From: Planctomycetota bacterium
GTDB lineage: Bacteria; Planctomycetota; SZUA-567; H5-PLA8
DNA: 64,000 nucleotides
Reading direction: 5' to 3'
Assembly: GCA_038227875.1 (NCBI GenBank)
Contig: JBBRPR010000007.1
Span: 128,001-192,000, forward strand
Shown: positions 48,056-57,550 of the stretch, piece after piece
Layout: each line of letters opens with the position of its first letter
Numbering within the stretch: the first letter of the stretch is position 1
The notes under the pieces: model-generated
The model's input: only the letters and a program-made list of their open reading frames with translations
Told to the model about the DNA's origin: nothing
Databases searched by the model: none
Made by a program: the position numbers and the translations under genes

Positions 48056-49726
48056 TCAATATTCCCTGAACCGATGCGCGATCGGCATCCGTCGTCCGGT
48101 GCCGAACGCCTTCGGACTGATCTTCAAACCTGGTGCGCCCTGCCGGCGTTTGTATTCGTTGAGGTCGATCATGCGCAGCACTTTCATCACGATCGCGCGG
48201 TCGTAGCCCTGCTTCACAATTTCGTCAGCGCTGACGTGGTGCTCGATCGCTTCTTTCAGGATGGCGTCGAGCATGTCGTAGGGCGGCAACGAATCCTGAT
48301 CCTTCTGGTTGAAGCGCAATTCCGCCGTCGGCGCCTTGGTGATGCTCGATTGCGGGATCGGCGGGTTGGCCGGATTCATCGCATTGAGGTGATTGGCCAG
48401 GCGATAGACCATCATCTTGTAGACGTCGCTGATTACCGCCAGGCCGCCGCACATGTCGCCGTAGAGCGTACAGTATCCGGTGGCCAGTTCCGATTTGTTC
48501 CCCGTCGTCAGCAGCAGGTGTCCGAACTTGTTCGACATCGCCATCAGCAGCACGCCACGGATGCGCGCCTGCATGTTTTCTTCCGTCACGTCTTCATTCC
48601 GGCCCGCGAAAACCTGCGAAAGCGCGTTCTTAATTTCCGTGAATGGCCCTTCGATCGCCACCTCGTGGAACTGGATCCCCAGCCGTTGCGCGAGGTCCTT
48701 CGCGTCGCTGAGACTCTCCGGCGAATTAAAGCGAGACGGCAGCGCCACGCCGGTGACGTTCTGTGGCCCGAACGCTTCCGCCGCGATCACCGCGACAACC
48801 GCCGAATCGATACCGCCCGAGAGACCCAGCACCGCCGATTTGAAGCCGCACTTCCGCGCGTAATCGCGGGTACCGAGCACCAAGGCGCGGCGAATTTCTT
48901 CCTCGACCGCCAGATGCCCCTTCTCCAGTTCGGTCGCCACGGGCGGGGCACGCAGATCGACCACTGTTACCGCGTCTTCAAATGCCGGTCCGCACGCGAT
49001 CACTTCGCCCCGGGCGTTGAAGGCCATCGAACGGCCGTCGAAGACCAGGTCGTCGTTGCCGCCCACTTGATTCACATAGATCAACGGCCGCTCGTATTTT
49101 TTCGCGATCGCCGAGAGCATCGACTGCTTGGAGGCGTGCTTTTCCATGCTGTACGGCGAGGCCGACAGATTCAGCAGCACTTCCGCGCCGCGGCGGACGA
49201 GATCTTCCATCGGGTCGAACGCATAGCGGCGCTGCGCCCAGAAATCCTTGTCGTTCCAGCAGTCTTCGCAGATCGACAACCCCAGCGTCATCCGACTGCC
49301 TGCGCGACGCTGCAGTGTCGTCACCAGAGGCGCCGAGCCGCTCTGAAAATAGCGGTCTTCGTCGAACACGTCGTACGTCGGCAACAGCGATTTGTGCCCG
49401 ACGTCGATGATCTTGCCGTCCTGAATCATCGCGCAGGAATTGAACAGCCCCCGCCCCACGCCCTGCCCGCGACGATGGACGATGCCAATCACCGCTGGCG
49501 TTCCGCGCAGTTCGTCGCGGAGCCGTTCGATGGCGCGGTCCTGAGCTTCCAGAAACGCCGGTTTCTCAAGCAGATCGCGAGCCGGATACCCGAGCAGACA
49601 CATCTCGGAGAAGACCGTGAGTTCCGCACCCTGCACAGCCGCCTTCTTGGCCGCCGCGACAATCTGCGCACAATTCCCGTCAAAATCCCCGACGGTGGGG
49701 TTGATCTGAGCCATGCCGATTTTCAT
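48056..49726 (-). CDS. nadE: Glutamine-dependent NAD+ synthetase
   Basis: Nitrilase E/K/C triad (SEM, HKSLLP, ICED); GLSGGIDSA, ENMQARIR, TGNKSE, PTAEL. Confidence 0.96.
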   Translation of the reverse strand: MKIGMAQINPTVGDFDGNCAQIVAAAKKAAVQGAELTVFSEMCLLGYPARDLLEKPAFLEAQDRAIERLRDELRGTPAVIGIVHRRGQGVGRGLFNSCAMIQDGKIIDVGHKSLLPTYDVFDEDRYFQSGSAPLVTTLQRRAGSRMTLGLSICEDCWNDKDFWAQRRYAFDPMEDLVRRGAEVLLNLSASPYSMEKHASKQSMLSAIAKKYERPLIYVNQVGGNDDLVFDGRSMAFNARGEVIACGPAFEDAVTVVDLRAPPVATELEKGHLAVEEEIRRALVLGTRDYARKCGFKSAVLGLSGGIDSAVVAVIAAEAFGPQNVTGVALPSRFNSPESLSDAKDLAQRLGIQFHEVAIEGPFTEIKNALSQVFAGRNEDVTEENMQARIRGVLLMAMSNKFGHLLLTTGNKSELATGYCTLYGDMCGGLAVISDVYKMMVYRLANHLNAMNPANPPIPQSSITKAPTAELRFNQKDQDSLPPYDMLDAILKEAIEHHVSADEIVKQGYDRAIVMKVLRMIDLNEYKRRQGAPGLKISPKAFGTGRRMPIAHRFREY

Positions 49727-49807
49727 GAATTTCGTTTCTAGCACAGCCCCGCGCGCCATTCAACGCGCGTAGCGCGGCAGCGTTTTACCTTTGCCGCGAG
49801 TCGAAGC

Positions 49808-50773
49808 TCACTTCTCTTTACGCGTAAACGAGATCGCGGACTTCCCTGTCACGTCCATGCCCTGCCGCTGGCCTTCGATTTCGCCGTCGATGTGGTACTT
49901 CACGTCGTTATTGATGGTACCTTCGACGAAATATCCGGTAGCGGGATCGAAGAGCGCGGTGCCGGTGACGGTGTCGGTGACGTGGCTGATTTCGGCGAGC
50001 ATACCTTTGGGATTTTCGCCTTTCAGGTCGGTGTGCTCCATGGCGGAGACCAGTTCGAGCTGCGCCAGTTTCTTGCCGTCTTTCGTCTCCCATTTTGCAA
50101 ACGTGACTTTGGAATGAACGATGGCCGGCTTGGCCAGTTTGAAGTCGCCGATGCTGGGCATCGTAAACGTGTCCTGCCACGATTCGCCGGGCTTGACGCT
50201 CTTGCCCGCCAGCAGCGGGAAAATCGTCTGCGCGCCGCCGGAGCGGAACATCTCAACCATGGCACTTTCGCCCTGCATTTCCGACTGGCGGCCCGTTCCG
50301 TCCATCATCGTGTGCGCTTCGCCGGTCTCCAGTAGCTTCATCTGGTCCAGGTAGGTGTTGACCGAATCGGTGCCGATGTCGTTCTCACTGTCGATCAGCA
50401 CTTTCCCGTTCTCGGTATATTTTACTTTCTCGCGTGAAACGGTCAGATCGGTCTTCATCTCATCGCCGATCGATCGCCGGTCGGTGTAGTTGATGTTCTG
50501 CAGCCGCAACGCCACCGGCGTCTGTTCGCCCTTGGCCGGAAGTCCTTTGATCTGCAGCGTCATCGCGAACACAAATTCGCTCGAGATCGTGAACGGCTTG
50601 CCTTCCGCGCGCCCATTGGAAATGCTGTTGGACGTGATCGTCCAGGCATAATGAAGTGAATCGCCGGACTTGATGCGTAATTTGAGTTCCGCCGCCTCAT
50701 CGTCAGCCGCGAAACAAACCCGCGCCACCACGAGTACAATCAAACCCAGTGCTGCGATTTTTCGCATACGCAT
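49808..50773 (-). CDS. Secreted beta-rich hypothetical protein
   Basis: GAGG RBS, signal peptide, VKPGESW and GTALFDPATG beta-strand motifs. Confidence 0.8.
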   Translation of the reverse strand: MRMRKIAALGLIVLVVARVCFAADDEAAELKLRIKSGDSLHYAWTITSNSISNGRAEGKPFTISSEFVFAMTLQIKGLPAKGEQTPVALRLQNINYTDRRSIGDEMKTDLTVSREKVKYTENGKVLIDSENDIGTDSVNTYLDQMKLLETGEAHTMMDGTGRQSEMQGESAMVEMFRSGGAQTIFPLLAGKSVKPGESWQDTFTMPSIGDFKLAKPAIVHSKVTFAKWETKDGKKLAQLELVSAMEHTDLKGENPKGMLAEISHVTDTVTGTALFDPATGYFVEGTINNDVKYHIDGEIEGQRQGMDVTGKSAISFTRKEK

Positions 50774-50897
50774 AACCTCAAAGGAACCTTAGTCGAAACA
50801 CTGTACGCGAGCTTTTACACGGCGCAATGCCGCCCACTGTGCCATGGATGAGCGACTGTATTCGCTACGCTCACACATTCGCACATCCATGGCACAA

Positions 50898-51677
50898 TCA
50901 CGCCGGCCGCTGATCTTCCGGCAGCGCCGACTTCACCGCCTCAAAAACCTTCTCGAGCAGCGCGTCGCGATCCTCACGCGATGCGTTTTCATCGAGCAGA
51001 ATCGGCTCATGAAAGACAACGTGAACCGTGCCCTTGCGCACCACGTACCGGCCCTTCGGGTTGACCCGGCACGCATCGATCAACGTGACCGGAACGACCG
51101 GAATTCCCAGCCGCACCGCCAAGCCAAAACTTCCCTTCTTGAAGGGCTGCAACCGTCCGTCCGGGCTGCGCGTGCCTTCTGGAAAGATGATGTACGAATA
51201 CGGAATCGCGCGCTTTTTCTGCATCAGCTTCTGGAACATCTCCGCCGAATGCCGCGGACTTTCGCGCCGGATCGGGATGAATCCCGTGGCGCTCATCGCC
51301 CACCCCATGAACGGAACTTTGAAGAGCGATTCTTTAGCCATGAAGCGCACGTTGAATTCCGGCAGACACGCATTCATCAGAATCGGAATGTCCATGGCGC
51401 TCTGGTGATTGCTTAAGAATACGTACGACTTTCCGGATTCCATTTTTCCGCGGCGCTCAACGACGGTGCGCACACCGGAGACGGCCATCGTTCCTCGCGG
51501 CCACATCATCACGCCGAATTTGGCCAGCGTCTGCAGATTCAGCAGCCCGAAAATCGTGCACCAGATGCCCCAGACCGAGCACCAGAAGATCGAAAATAAA
51601 AACATGAACACACCCCGCAACCCGCCGCCAGTGTTGGCGGGGCGCGAAGTCAATTCAGGTACGTGAAAGTCCGACAC
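50898..51677 (-). CDS. plsC: 1-acyl-sn-glycerol-3-phosphate acyltransferase
   Basis: NHQSAMD (HX4D), FPEGTRS. Confidence 0.93.
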   Translation of the reverse strand: MSDFHVPELTSRPANTGGGLRGVFMFLFSIFWCSVWGIWCTIFGLLNLQTLAKFGVMMWPRGTMAVSGVRTVVERRGKMESGKSYVFLSNHQSAMDIPILMNACLPEFNVRFMAKESLFKVPFMGWAMSATGFIPIRRESPRHSAEMFQKLMQKKRAIPYSYIIFPEGTRSPDGRLQPFKKGSFGLAVRLGIPVVPVTLIDACRVNPKGRYVVRKGTVHVVFHEPILLDENASREDRDALLEKVFEAVKSALPEDQRPA

Positions 51678-51692
51678 GATGACTCCAGCAAA

Positions 51693-51767
51693 TGCAGGCG
51701 GGACGCCTGGGCCACAACTTTATTGCCGCGCGTCAGCGCGAATTGTGTTGCAGGCGTCCCGCCTGCA
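51693..51767. repeat. Inverted REP doublet (REPIN/BIME-like)
   Basis: TGCAGGCGGGACGCCTGGGCCACAA ... TTGTGTTGCAGGCGTCCCGCCTGCA; each unit is itself an imperfect palindrome. Confidence 0.75.
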
Positions 51768-51771
51768 ACCC

Positions 51772-52392
51772 TTACGCGCGTGTCAGATCCGCCCAGTGCG
51801 ATTTCGGCCGCACCGCCTGCGAACCCTTCTTACACAGTGGACATTCCTCCGCCTTCCACATGTGGATGTCCGGAGAGAGCAGCGAACGGATCTCGCGTCC
51901 GTTCAACTGCGTCGATCCCGACCGATTCACGAGGCAAATGATGTACGGCAGAATCCGCGCGTCGTCCACCCCGCTCTGCTTGATGCCCTCGATGGTCTTC
52001 AACGTCGAACCGCCGGTGGAGATCGTGTCTTCTACCACGAGCACGCGTTCCGTCGGACCGACTTCGAAGCGCGAGAGTTTCATCGCGTCGCCGTCTTTCT
52101 CCGTGAACGCCGCATTCACCTTCAACGCCAACGCCACCGCGTATGCAAACGTGACGGCGCCGGCCGCCGAGCCGATCACCCAATCAATTTTCTCGGTCGG
52201 CAACTTGGGCTGCAATCCATGCGGATCGGAAAGGATGCGCTGGAGCAGTTCCGGCGTCTGCGTCACTTTCGTGCAGTTCACAAATCCGTCGGAATGCATG
52301 CCGCTGGTCAGCAGCGCGTGCGGACGCGTCGGTTTGCCATCGTGAATCCAGACTGCCCCTTTTTCCTGAAACACATTCTGCCACTGCGTCAT
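51772..52392 (-). CDS. pyrE: Orotate phosphoribosyltransferase
   Basis: HALLTSGMHS, VLVVEDTISTGGS PRPP loop, C-terminal CPLC...KP; GGAGG RBS. Confidence 0.88.
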   Translation of the reverse strand: MTQWQNVFQEKGAVWIHDGKPTRPHALLTSGMHSDGFVNCTKVTQTPELLQRILSDPHGLQPKLPTEKIDWVIGSAAGAVTFAYAVALALKVNAAFTEKDGDAMKLSRFEVGPTERVLVVEDTISTGGSTLKTIEGIKQSGVDDARILPYIICLVNRSGSTQLNGREIRSLLSPDIHMWKAEECPLCKKGSQAVRPKSHWADLTRA

Positions 52393-52463
52393 TGCGACCT
52401 CCGTGCCCGTACAAACAACTGCGCTTGCGCCCCAGTCAACCTTCGCCATTATGTTCAGAAGCC

Positions 52464-53285
52464 ATGACGATACATCCTTCCGCAATAATTTCGAGTCGCG
52501 CTGAGTTGGGCGCGGATGTTCAGGTCGATGCCTACGCCATCATCGAAGACGGCGTACACGTCGGCGAGGGCACGCGCGTCCGCGCTCGCGCGCAGCTGTG
52601 CTCCGGCACGGTGTTGGGCAAGCGCTGCGACATTCACATGAATGCCGTAATCGGTCACACGCCGCAGGATTTCTCATTTAAGGGAGAGCCGATCGCCACG
52701 ATCCTCGGCGACGGCGTCACAGTCCGCGAAAACGCCACGATTCACGGCACCAAATCCGAGGGCGGAAAAGCCACGCGCGTCGGCGACAACTGCTACCTGA
52801 TGGTCGGCAGCCACGTCGCTCACGATTGCCATCTCGGTCATAACGTGCTGCTGGCCAACGGTGCGTTGCTCGCCGGCCACGTTCACGTTGATGACGGCGC
52901 GATGATCTCCGGCAACGTGGTCATCCACCAGTTTGTACGCGTCGGAACTCTGGCAATTTTGTCCGGTGGCAGCCGTTTCGGCATGGACATTCCGCCCTAC
53001 CTTATAGGCGACGGCGCCAACGCCGTGACCATCTTGAATGCCGTCGGTCTGCGCCGCGCCAAACATCTTTCCGATCAAGATCGCAGAGAAATTAAGGCCG
53101 CATACCGGCTACTCTACCGCACCGGTTTAGACCTTCAAGACGCCTTGGTCCGCATCCAGGCCGAACTCCCAAGCCCCGCCGTCCAGCGCTGGGTTGAATT
53201 CTTTAAATCGCCTAGCCGTCGAGGTTTCTGTCGATTCCGGGCGGGCGGAAGACGCCAGGCAACCCCTGAACCCGACGCCTCATAA
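52464..53285 (+). CDS. lpxA: UDP-N-acetylglucosamine acyltransferase
   Basis: IHPSAII, hexapeptide repeats, PQD, HVAHDC, LAGHV, HQFVRVG, LNAVGLRR. Confidence 0.93.
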   Translation: MTIHPSAIISSRAELGADVQVDAYAIIEDGVHVGEGTRVRARAQLCSGTVLGKRCDIHMNAVIGHTPQDFSFKGEPIATILGDGVTVRENATIHGTKSEGGKATRVGDNCYLMVGSHVAHDCHLGHNVLLANGALLAGHVHVDDGAMISGNVVIHQFVRVGTLAILSGGSRFGMDIPPYLIGDGANAVTILNAVGLRRAKHLSDQDRREIKAAYRLLYRTGLDLQDALVRIQAELPSPAVQRWVEFFKSPSRRGFCRFRAGGRRQATPEPDAS

Positions 53286-53438
53286 ACGCACCGCTCCAAG
53301 CCCGACAGGATCCCCAAGAGCCAAGTGCCGGAATCCAAGAGCCACGACGCCAGCGATAATCCTAAATAATGCGTTGACACCTGCCGAAAAATAACCATAC
53401 TTTCGACGTTCTTCACGTGTTCAAGCCGGAGGGTATTT

Positions 53439-54269
53439 ATGCGATTCGTCGCAGCGTTGGCCATGTTGTTCGTGTTGTCCCCCGTCGTGGTGATGGGCGT
53501 TGAAGCAGGCGGACTCGATAGGAACAACAGCCAGCACGGTTCCGAAATGGGTGCCGGTTCGCAGAGCGGCTCGCGTTCGTCGTCGGACATCGCGATCGAA
53601 GCGCGTCTGATCAGCGGCGGTTCGCGTTCGTCTTCGGACATCGCGATCGATTCGCGTCTGGGCAGCAGCGATTCTCATGAAGTCAGAGTCAGCGGTTGTG
53701 GTGGCGGTAGCGAAGGCACCGCTGCCGGCGGACTTGAAAAAGAAATGGGCAAAGAGTCCAGCCACTCGGCCGGCAACGGTCCGAGCGTCAGCAAGCAGGC
53801 CTCGCATTACTTCCTCAGCCGCTGGTACGATCTCTGCGACTGCGTCGACTTCTCCGTCGGCGGTGGTCCCGGCTTCCTGATCAACGCGCACGCCACCAAG
53901 CTCGCCCAGGTTGGCTTCGGTTACTCCGATGCCTACCACGTCGGCTTCCGCGGCCGCAGCGCGGGTTTCTGGCGTGAAAAGCGCCACGAAATCGGCGTTA
54001 GCCTGCTCTACTACCAGAAGATCAAGCGCGAACGCATCACCGGCTGGGTCGAAAGCTTCCGCAGCGAAAAGATGGACCTCGACACCTCCGCCGTCTACGC
54101 CAACGCGGTCGATCGCGGCTTCACCGGCGTCGGCCTGACCGTTCACGCCCTCGTCCTGGTTGATGTCAACGTCCGCCCGATGCAGGCCGTGGACTTCGCG
54201 CTCGGCTGGTTCACCATCGACATCCTCGACGACGACACCGGCCACCCGCACCGCAACAAAGATCTGTAA
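53439..54269 (+). CDS. Secreted protein with a Gly/Ser-rich duplicated linker and a conserved-looking C-terminal domain
   Basis: GGAGG RBS, signal peptide, TTGACA-N16-CATACT upstream (53374-53401), C-terminal DFALGWFTIDILDDD. Confidence 0.8.
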   Translation: MRFVAALAMLFVLSPVVVMGVEAGGLDRNNSQHGSEMGAGSQSGSRSSSDIAIEARLISGGSRSSSDIAIDSRLGSSDSHEVRVSGCGGGSEGTAAGGLEKEMGKESSHSAGNGPSVSKQASHYFLSRWYDLCDCVDFSVGGGPGFLINAHATKLAQVGFGYSDAYHVGFRGRSAGFWREKRHEIGVSLLYYQKIKRERITGWVESFRSEKMDLDTSAVYANAVDRGFTGVGLTVHALVLVDVNVRPMQAVDFALGWFTIDILDDDTGHPHRNKDL

Positions 54270-54290
54270 GCGGTTCGGAAACGATCAACG

Positions 54291-54323
54291 AAAAAGGCGG
54301 CCCATCACTGGGCCGCCTTTTTT
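54291..54323 (+). terminator. Rho-independent terminator
   Basis: AAAAAGGCGGCCCA-TCAC-TGGGCCGCCTTTTTT. Confidence 0.88.
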
Positions 54324-54365
54324 ATTGGTACGGATTGGGATTCTGAAATCCAGTTTCGGAATAAA

Positions 54366-54698
54366 ATGAGAAGTGCACGTATGGATAAAAACACGCCCTT
54401 AAACAATACTTCAATTTTCCTCGCAGTCACGCTTTCCATATTGCTATTTTTCTTTGGAGGCCTATGCGCCTTCATGGCAGTTCTACAGGTCAAAAATGGA
54501 AATTGGATTTACGCCATACTTCCCTTCTTCGCCAGTATCGCGTGCTGCATATATGGAGTTCGCACTTCGAAGCCGCTTTATTTAGCTATTAGAAATGATC
54601 CAACAGTGATTCTGAAGGTTGTCCTCATTTTGTTGATGTACGCAACTCTGTTGTATCTTCATCGAACCGGGATAATTCCATTGCCGGTTCGATATTGA
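54366..54698 (+). CDS. Small AT-rich 3-TM membrane protein
   Basis: Three hydrophobic helices; visibly lower GC than its neighbours. Confidence 0.65.
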   Translation: MRSARMDKNTPLNNTSIFLAVTLSILLFFFGGLCAFMAVLQVKNGNWIYAILPFFASIACCIYGVRTSKPLYLAIRNDPTVILKVVLILLMYATLLYLHRTGIIPLPVRY

Positions 54699-54706
54699 AT
54701 ATTTGC

Positions 54707-55711
54707 TCAATCGCGTTTGTGATTCCGCGCTTTTACCGCCGCGATAATCAACGGCGCATGCTCGCGCGAGTTCTCAATAAAAATCCGCCCCGTGTCCAAC
54801 CCCGCCTGAATCGTTCCGGCGATGTATAGACCCGGCACGTTGGTCTCGCACGTTTCCGGATTGAACTTCGGCACCAGCGTCACGGAATCGACCTCGACGC
54901 CGCAGCGCCGTTCCAGTTCCGCATCCGGTTGAAATCCGATGAACGCGTAGACCGCATCCGCGGGAACGAACTGCGTGCCGCCGGCACCATCACGGATCTC
55001 CACACCGCGCGGATGTTCCTGAATCTTCACCACCGTCGAATTGAAGTGCGCCGCGATCGAACCTTCGGAGATCCGGTTTTCGACGTCGGGGCGCACCCAG
55101 TATTTTACGCCGCTCTTCAGCTCCGGCCCGCGCACCACCATCGTCACGCGACCGGCCTGGTTGCGCCACAGATCCAAGGCCGTCTCGCAGGCCGAATTTC
55201 CGCCGCCGATCAGCACCACATTTTCACGAAAGTGCCGATACGGTTCCCGGTAGTAACGATGAACAAATGGCAGATCCGAGCCCGGAATCGTAAACGCGAG
55301 TGGCTGATTGAAGTACCCTGTCGCCAGCGCCACAGCACGAGCCCGGCGCTCACGCGTCTGGCCTTCGCTACGCGTGCTGACGACAAAGACGTCGCCAGCG
55401 CGCCTGGCCTGCAACACTTCTTCGTACAGCGCCAGTTCCAGTTCATACTTTGCCGCGACCGCGCGGTAGTACATCAGCGCGTCTTGTCGCGTCGGCTTCT
55501 CCTGCGGCACCGTGAGCGGGATGCCGGCGATCTCCAGCTTGTCGCGGGTCGTGAAGAAGGTCATGTACGTCGGAAAATTCAGAATCGCATCCGTCAACTG
55601 CCCGCGATCAACGAGAATCACGGAGAGCCCCGCCTTGCGAGCCTCCGCTCCAATCGCAATCCCCGTCGGCCCGGCCCCGACGATCAGTAAATCGTAAATC
55701 GTCTCGCTCAT
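54707..55711 (-). CDS. ypdA: YpdA-family putative bacillithiol disulfide reductase
   Basis: GAGPTG, FPTYMTFFT, KPTRQDALMYY, ATGYF, IGGGNSA, VKYWV.P, IFIENSREH. Confidence 0.88.
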   Translation of the reverse strand: MSETIYDLLIVGAGPTGIAIGAEARKAGLSVILVDRGQLTDAILNFPTYMTFFTTRDKLEIAGIPLTVPQEKPTRQDALMYYRAVAAKYELELALYEEVLQARRAGDVFVVSTRSEGQTRERRARAVALATGYFNQPLAFTIPGSDLPFVHRYYREPYRHFRENVVLIGGGNSACETALDLWRNQAGRVTMVVRGPELKSGVKYWVRPDVENRISEGSIAAHFNSTVVKIQEHPRGVEIRDGAGGTQFVPADAVYAFIGFQPDAELERRCGVEVDSVTLVPKFNPETCETNVPGLYIAGTIQAGLDTGRIFIENSREHAPLIIAAVKARNHKRD

Positions 55712-55776
55712 GAGCTCACTTCTAGCAGCCCGAAAAGAATTGTCCATTCAGCCACAAACGGAGCCACAAACAGATT

Positions 55777-55880
55777 CATTGGTCATCGGTCATTTTCATG
55801 AGTCATTTACGAGAGCGTAAGTTCGGACCGCGAAGCGCTGCATCACGTCCTCGTAAATGAAAAATGACGGATGACCAATG
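55777..55880. repeat. Heptad-periodic inverted repeat (TTGGTCA / TGACCAA)
   Basis: CATTGGTCATCGGTCATTTTCATGAGTCATTTACGAG ... CTCGTAAATGAAAAATGACGGATGACCAATG. Confidence 0.8.
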
Positions 55881-55958
55881 CCCATTAACCAATGACTCCG
55901 TTCATTGATTTTCTCCGCCGCTCGCCCTACGATCAGCCCAACACAGGAGAACCCTTGA

Positions 55959-57416
55959 ATGCCCGCCACGGCCTCTGATTTCGAAGTCATTATCGGTCTG
56001 GAAGTCCACGCGCAGGTCAAGACCAACACCAAGATGTTCTGCAGCTGCGCGACGTCTTTCGGTGAAGCGCCGAACACGCAGGTCTGCCCCGTCTGCCTCG
56101 GGCTGCCTGGTTCACTGCCGGTCCCGAACGGCAAGGCGTTCGACCTCGCGCTGAAAACCGCGCTGGCCCTGCATTGCGAAATCGCGTCGTTCACCAAGTT
56201 CGATCGCAAGAATTATTACTACCCGGACTTGCCCAAGAATTACCAGATCAGCCAGTTCGACCTGCCCTTCTCCAAGAACGGGTATCTCGACATCAACGTC
56301 AACGGCACGACCAAGCGCATCGGCATCACGCGCATTCATATGGAAGAAGACGCCGGCAAGCTGGTCCATTCCGAAGGCGGCGGCTCGGGCGTCGACTTGA
56401 ACCGCGCCGGGACGCCCTTGATCGAAATCGTGAGCGAACCGGATCTGCGTTCAGCCGCGGAAGCCCGCGCCTACATGGAAGCGCTTGCGCATATTCTGGA
56501 ATTCATCGACGCCTGCGACTGCAACATGCAGGAAGGTTCCCTGCGCTGCGACGCCAACGTCTCCATCCGCCCGTACGGTCAGAAGAACTTCAACACGCGC
56601 CGCGAAATCAAGAACATGAACTCGTTCCGTTTCGTCGAGCAGGCGATTCTGACGGAAGTTCTGGAACAGAAGGCGATCTACGACGCCGGCGGCACCGTCC
56701 ATCAGGAAACGAGGTTGTTCAACGGCGAGACCGGCAAGATCCGGACGATGCGCTCCAAGGAAGACGCGCACGATTACCGCTACTTCCCCGAACCCGACCT
56801 GCCGCCGATCACCATCACCCCCGAGATGATCGAAGCGATCCGCGGCAAGCAGGACGAATTGCCGGAAGCGCGCAAGCAGCGTTACATCGGTGAACTGAAA
56901 TTGAGCGAAATGGAAGCGAAGGTGCTCACCGATTCCAAGGAGATGGGCAACTACTTCGAAGCGACGCTCAAGCACGGCGTCTCCGCGAAAGTCGCCTACA
57001 ACTGGATCGCCAACGACCTGCAGGGCATCCTCAAGGAACGCAACCTGGCCATCCAGGACTGCGGCCTCTCCACTGAAGCCGTCGTCGCGCTGATCAACCT
57101 CGTTGAAAAAGACAAGAAGATCAACCGCGCCGCCGCGAAGGAAGTGGTCTTCCCGAAGATGCTCGACACGAAGAAGTCCGCGCTGCAGATCGCCCAGGAA
57201 GAAAACCTGCTGATCGTCGTCGACACCGGCGCCGTCGACAAAGTGATCGACGACGTCCTGGCCAAATTCCCAAAGCTGGTCGCCGATTACGTCAGCGGCA
57301 AGGACGCCGTTGTCAACGCGATCTTCGGCAACTGCATGAAGGAATTCAAAGGCAAAGGCGATCCCGCCGTCATCCGCCCGGCGCTGGAAGCGAAGCTCAA
57401 GGCATTGCGGAAGTAG
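55959..57416 (+). CDS. gatB: Asp/Glu-tRNA amidotransferase subunit B
   Basis: IGLEVHAQ, RKNYYYPDLPKNYQISQ, EEDAGK, NRAGTPL, EIKNMNS, DYRYFPEPDL. Confidence 0.98.
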   Translation: MPATASDFEVIIGLEVHAQVKTNTKMFCSCATSFGEAPNTQVCPVCLGLPGSLPVPNGKAFDLALKTALALHCEIASFTKFDRKNYYYPDLPKNYQISQFDLPFSKNGYLDINVNGTTKRIGITRIHMEEDAGKLVHSEGGGSGVDLNRAGTPLIEIVSEPDLRSAAEARAYMEALAHILEFIDACDCNMQEGSLRCDANVSIRPYGQKNFNTRREIKNMNSFRFVEQAILTEVLEQKAIYDAGGTVHQETRLFNGETGKIRTMRSKEDAHDYRYFPEPDLPPITITPEMIEAIRGKQDELPEARKQRYIGELKLSEMEAKVLTDSKEMGNYFEATLKHGVSAKVAYNWIANDLQGILKERNLAIQDCGLSTEAVVALINLVEKDKKINRAAAKEVVFPKMLDTKKSALQIAQEENLLIVVDTGAVDKVIDDVLAKFPKLVADYVSGKDAVVNAIFGNCMKEFKGKGDPAVIRPALEAKLKALRK

Positions 57417-57420
57417 CACT

Positions 57421-57499
57421 GCGGGATTCGGGAATTGGGAATCGGGATTCGCCATCGCCGACACGCGGCGATTCCCGATTCCCGATTCCCGAATCCCGC
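57421..57499. repeat. Heptad-periodic hairpin (GGGAATC / GATTCCC)
   Basis: 33-bp arms with 2 mismatches and a 13-nt loop, starting 4 nt after the gatB stop. Confidence 0.9.
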
Positions 57500-57550
57500 T
57501 TCTCGTTTGCAGTTGCCGTCTCCCCCCTCCCCCCGTAAGAAAGCTCCCTT

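Noticed and set aside
52464..57416. Isolated lpxA and gatB without their usual operon partners
   Set aside because: Scattered housekeeping genes are common in this kind of genome; not informative without the rest of it.
57421..57499. CRISPR array interpretation of the heptad tracts
   Set aside because: Units are 7 nt, contiguous and inverted, with no spacers and no cas genes.
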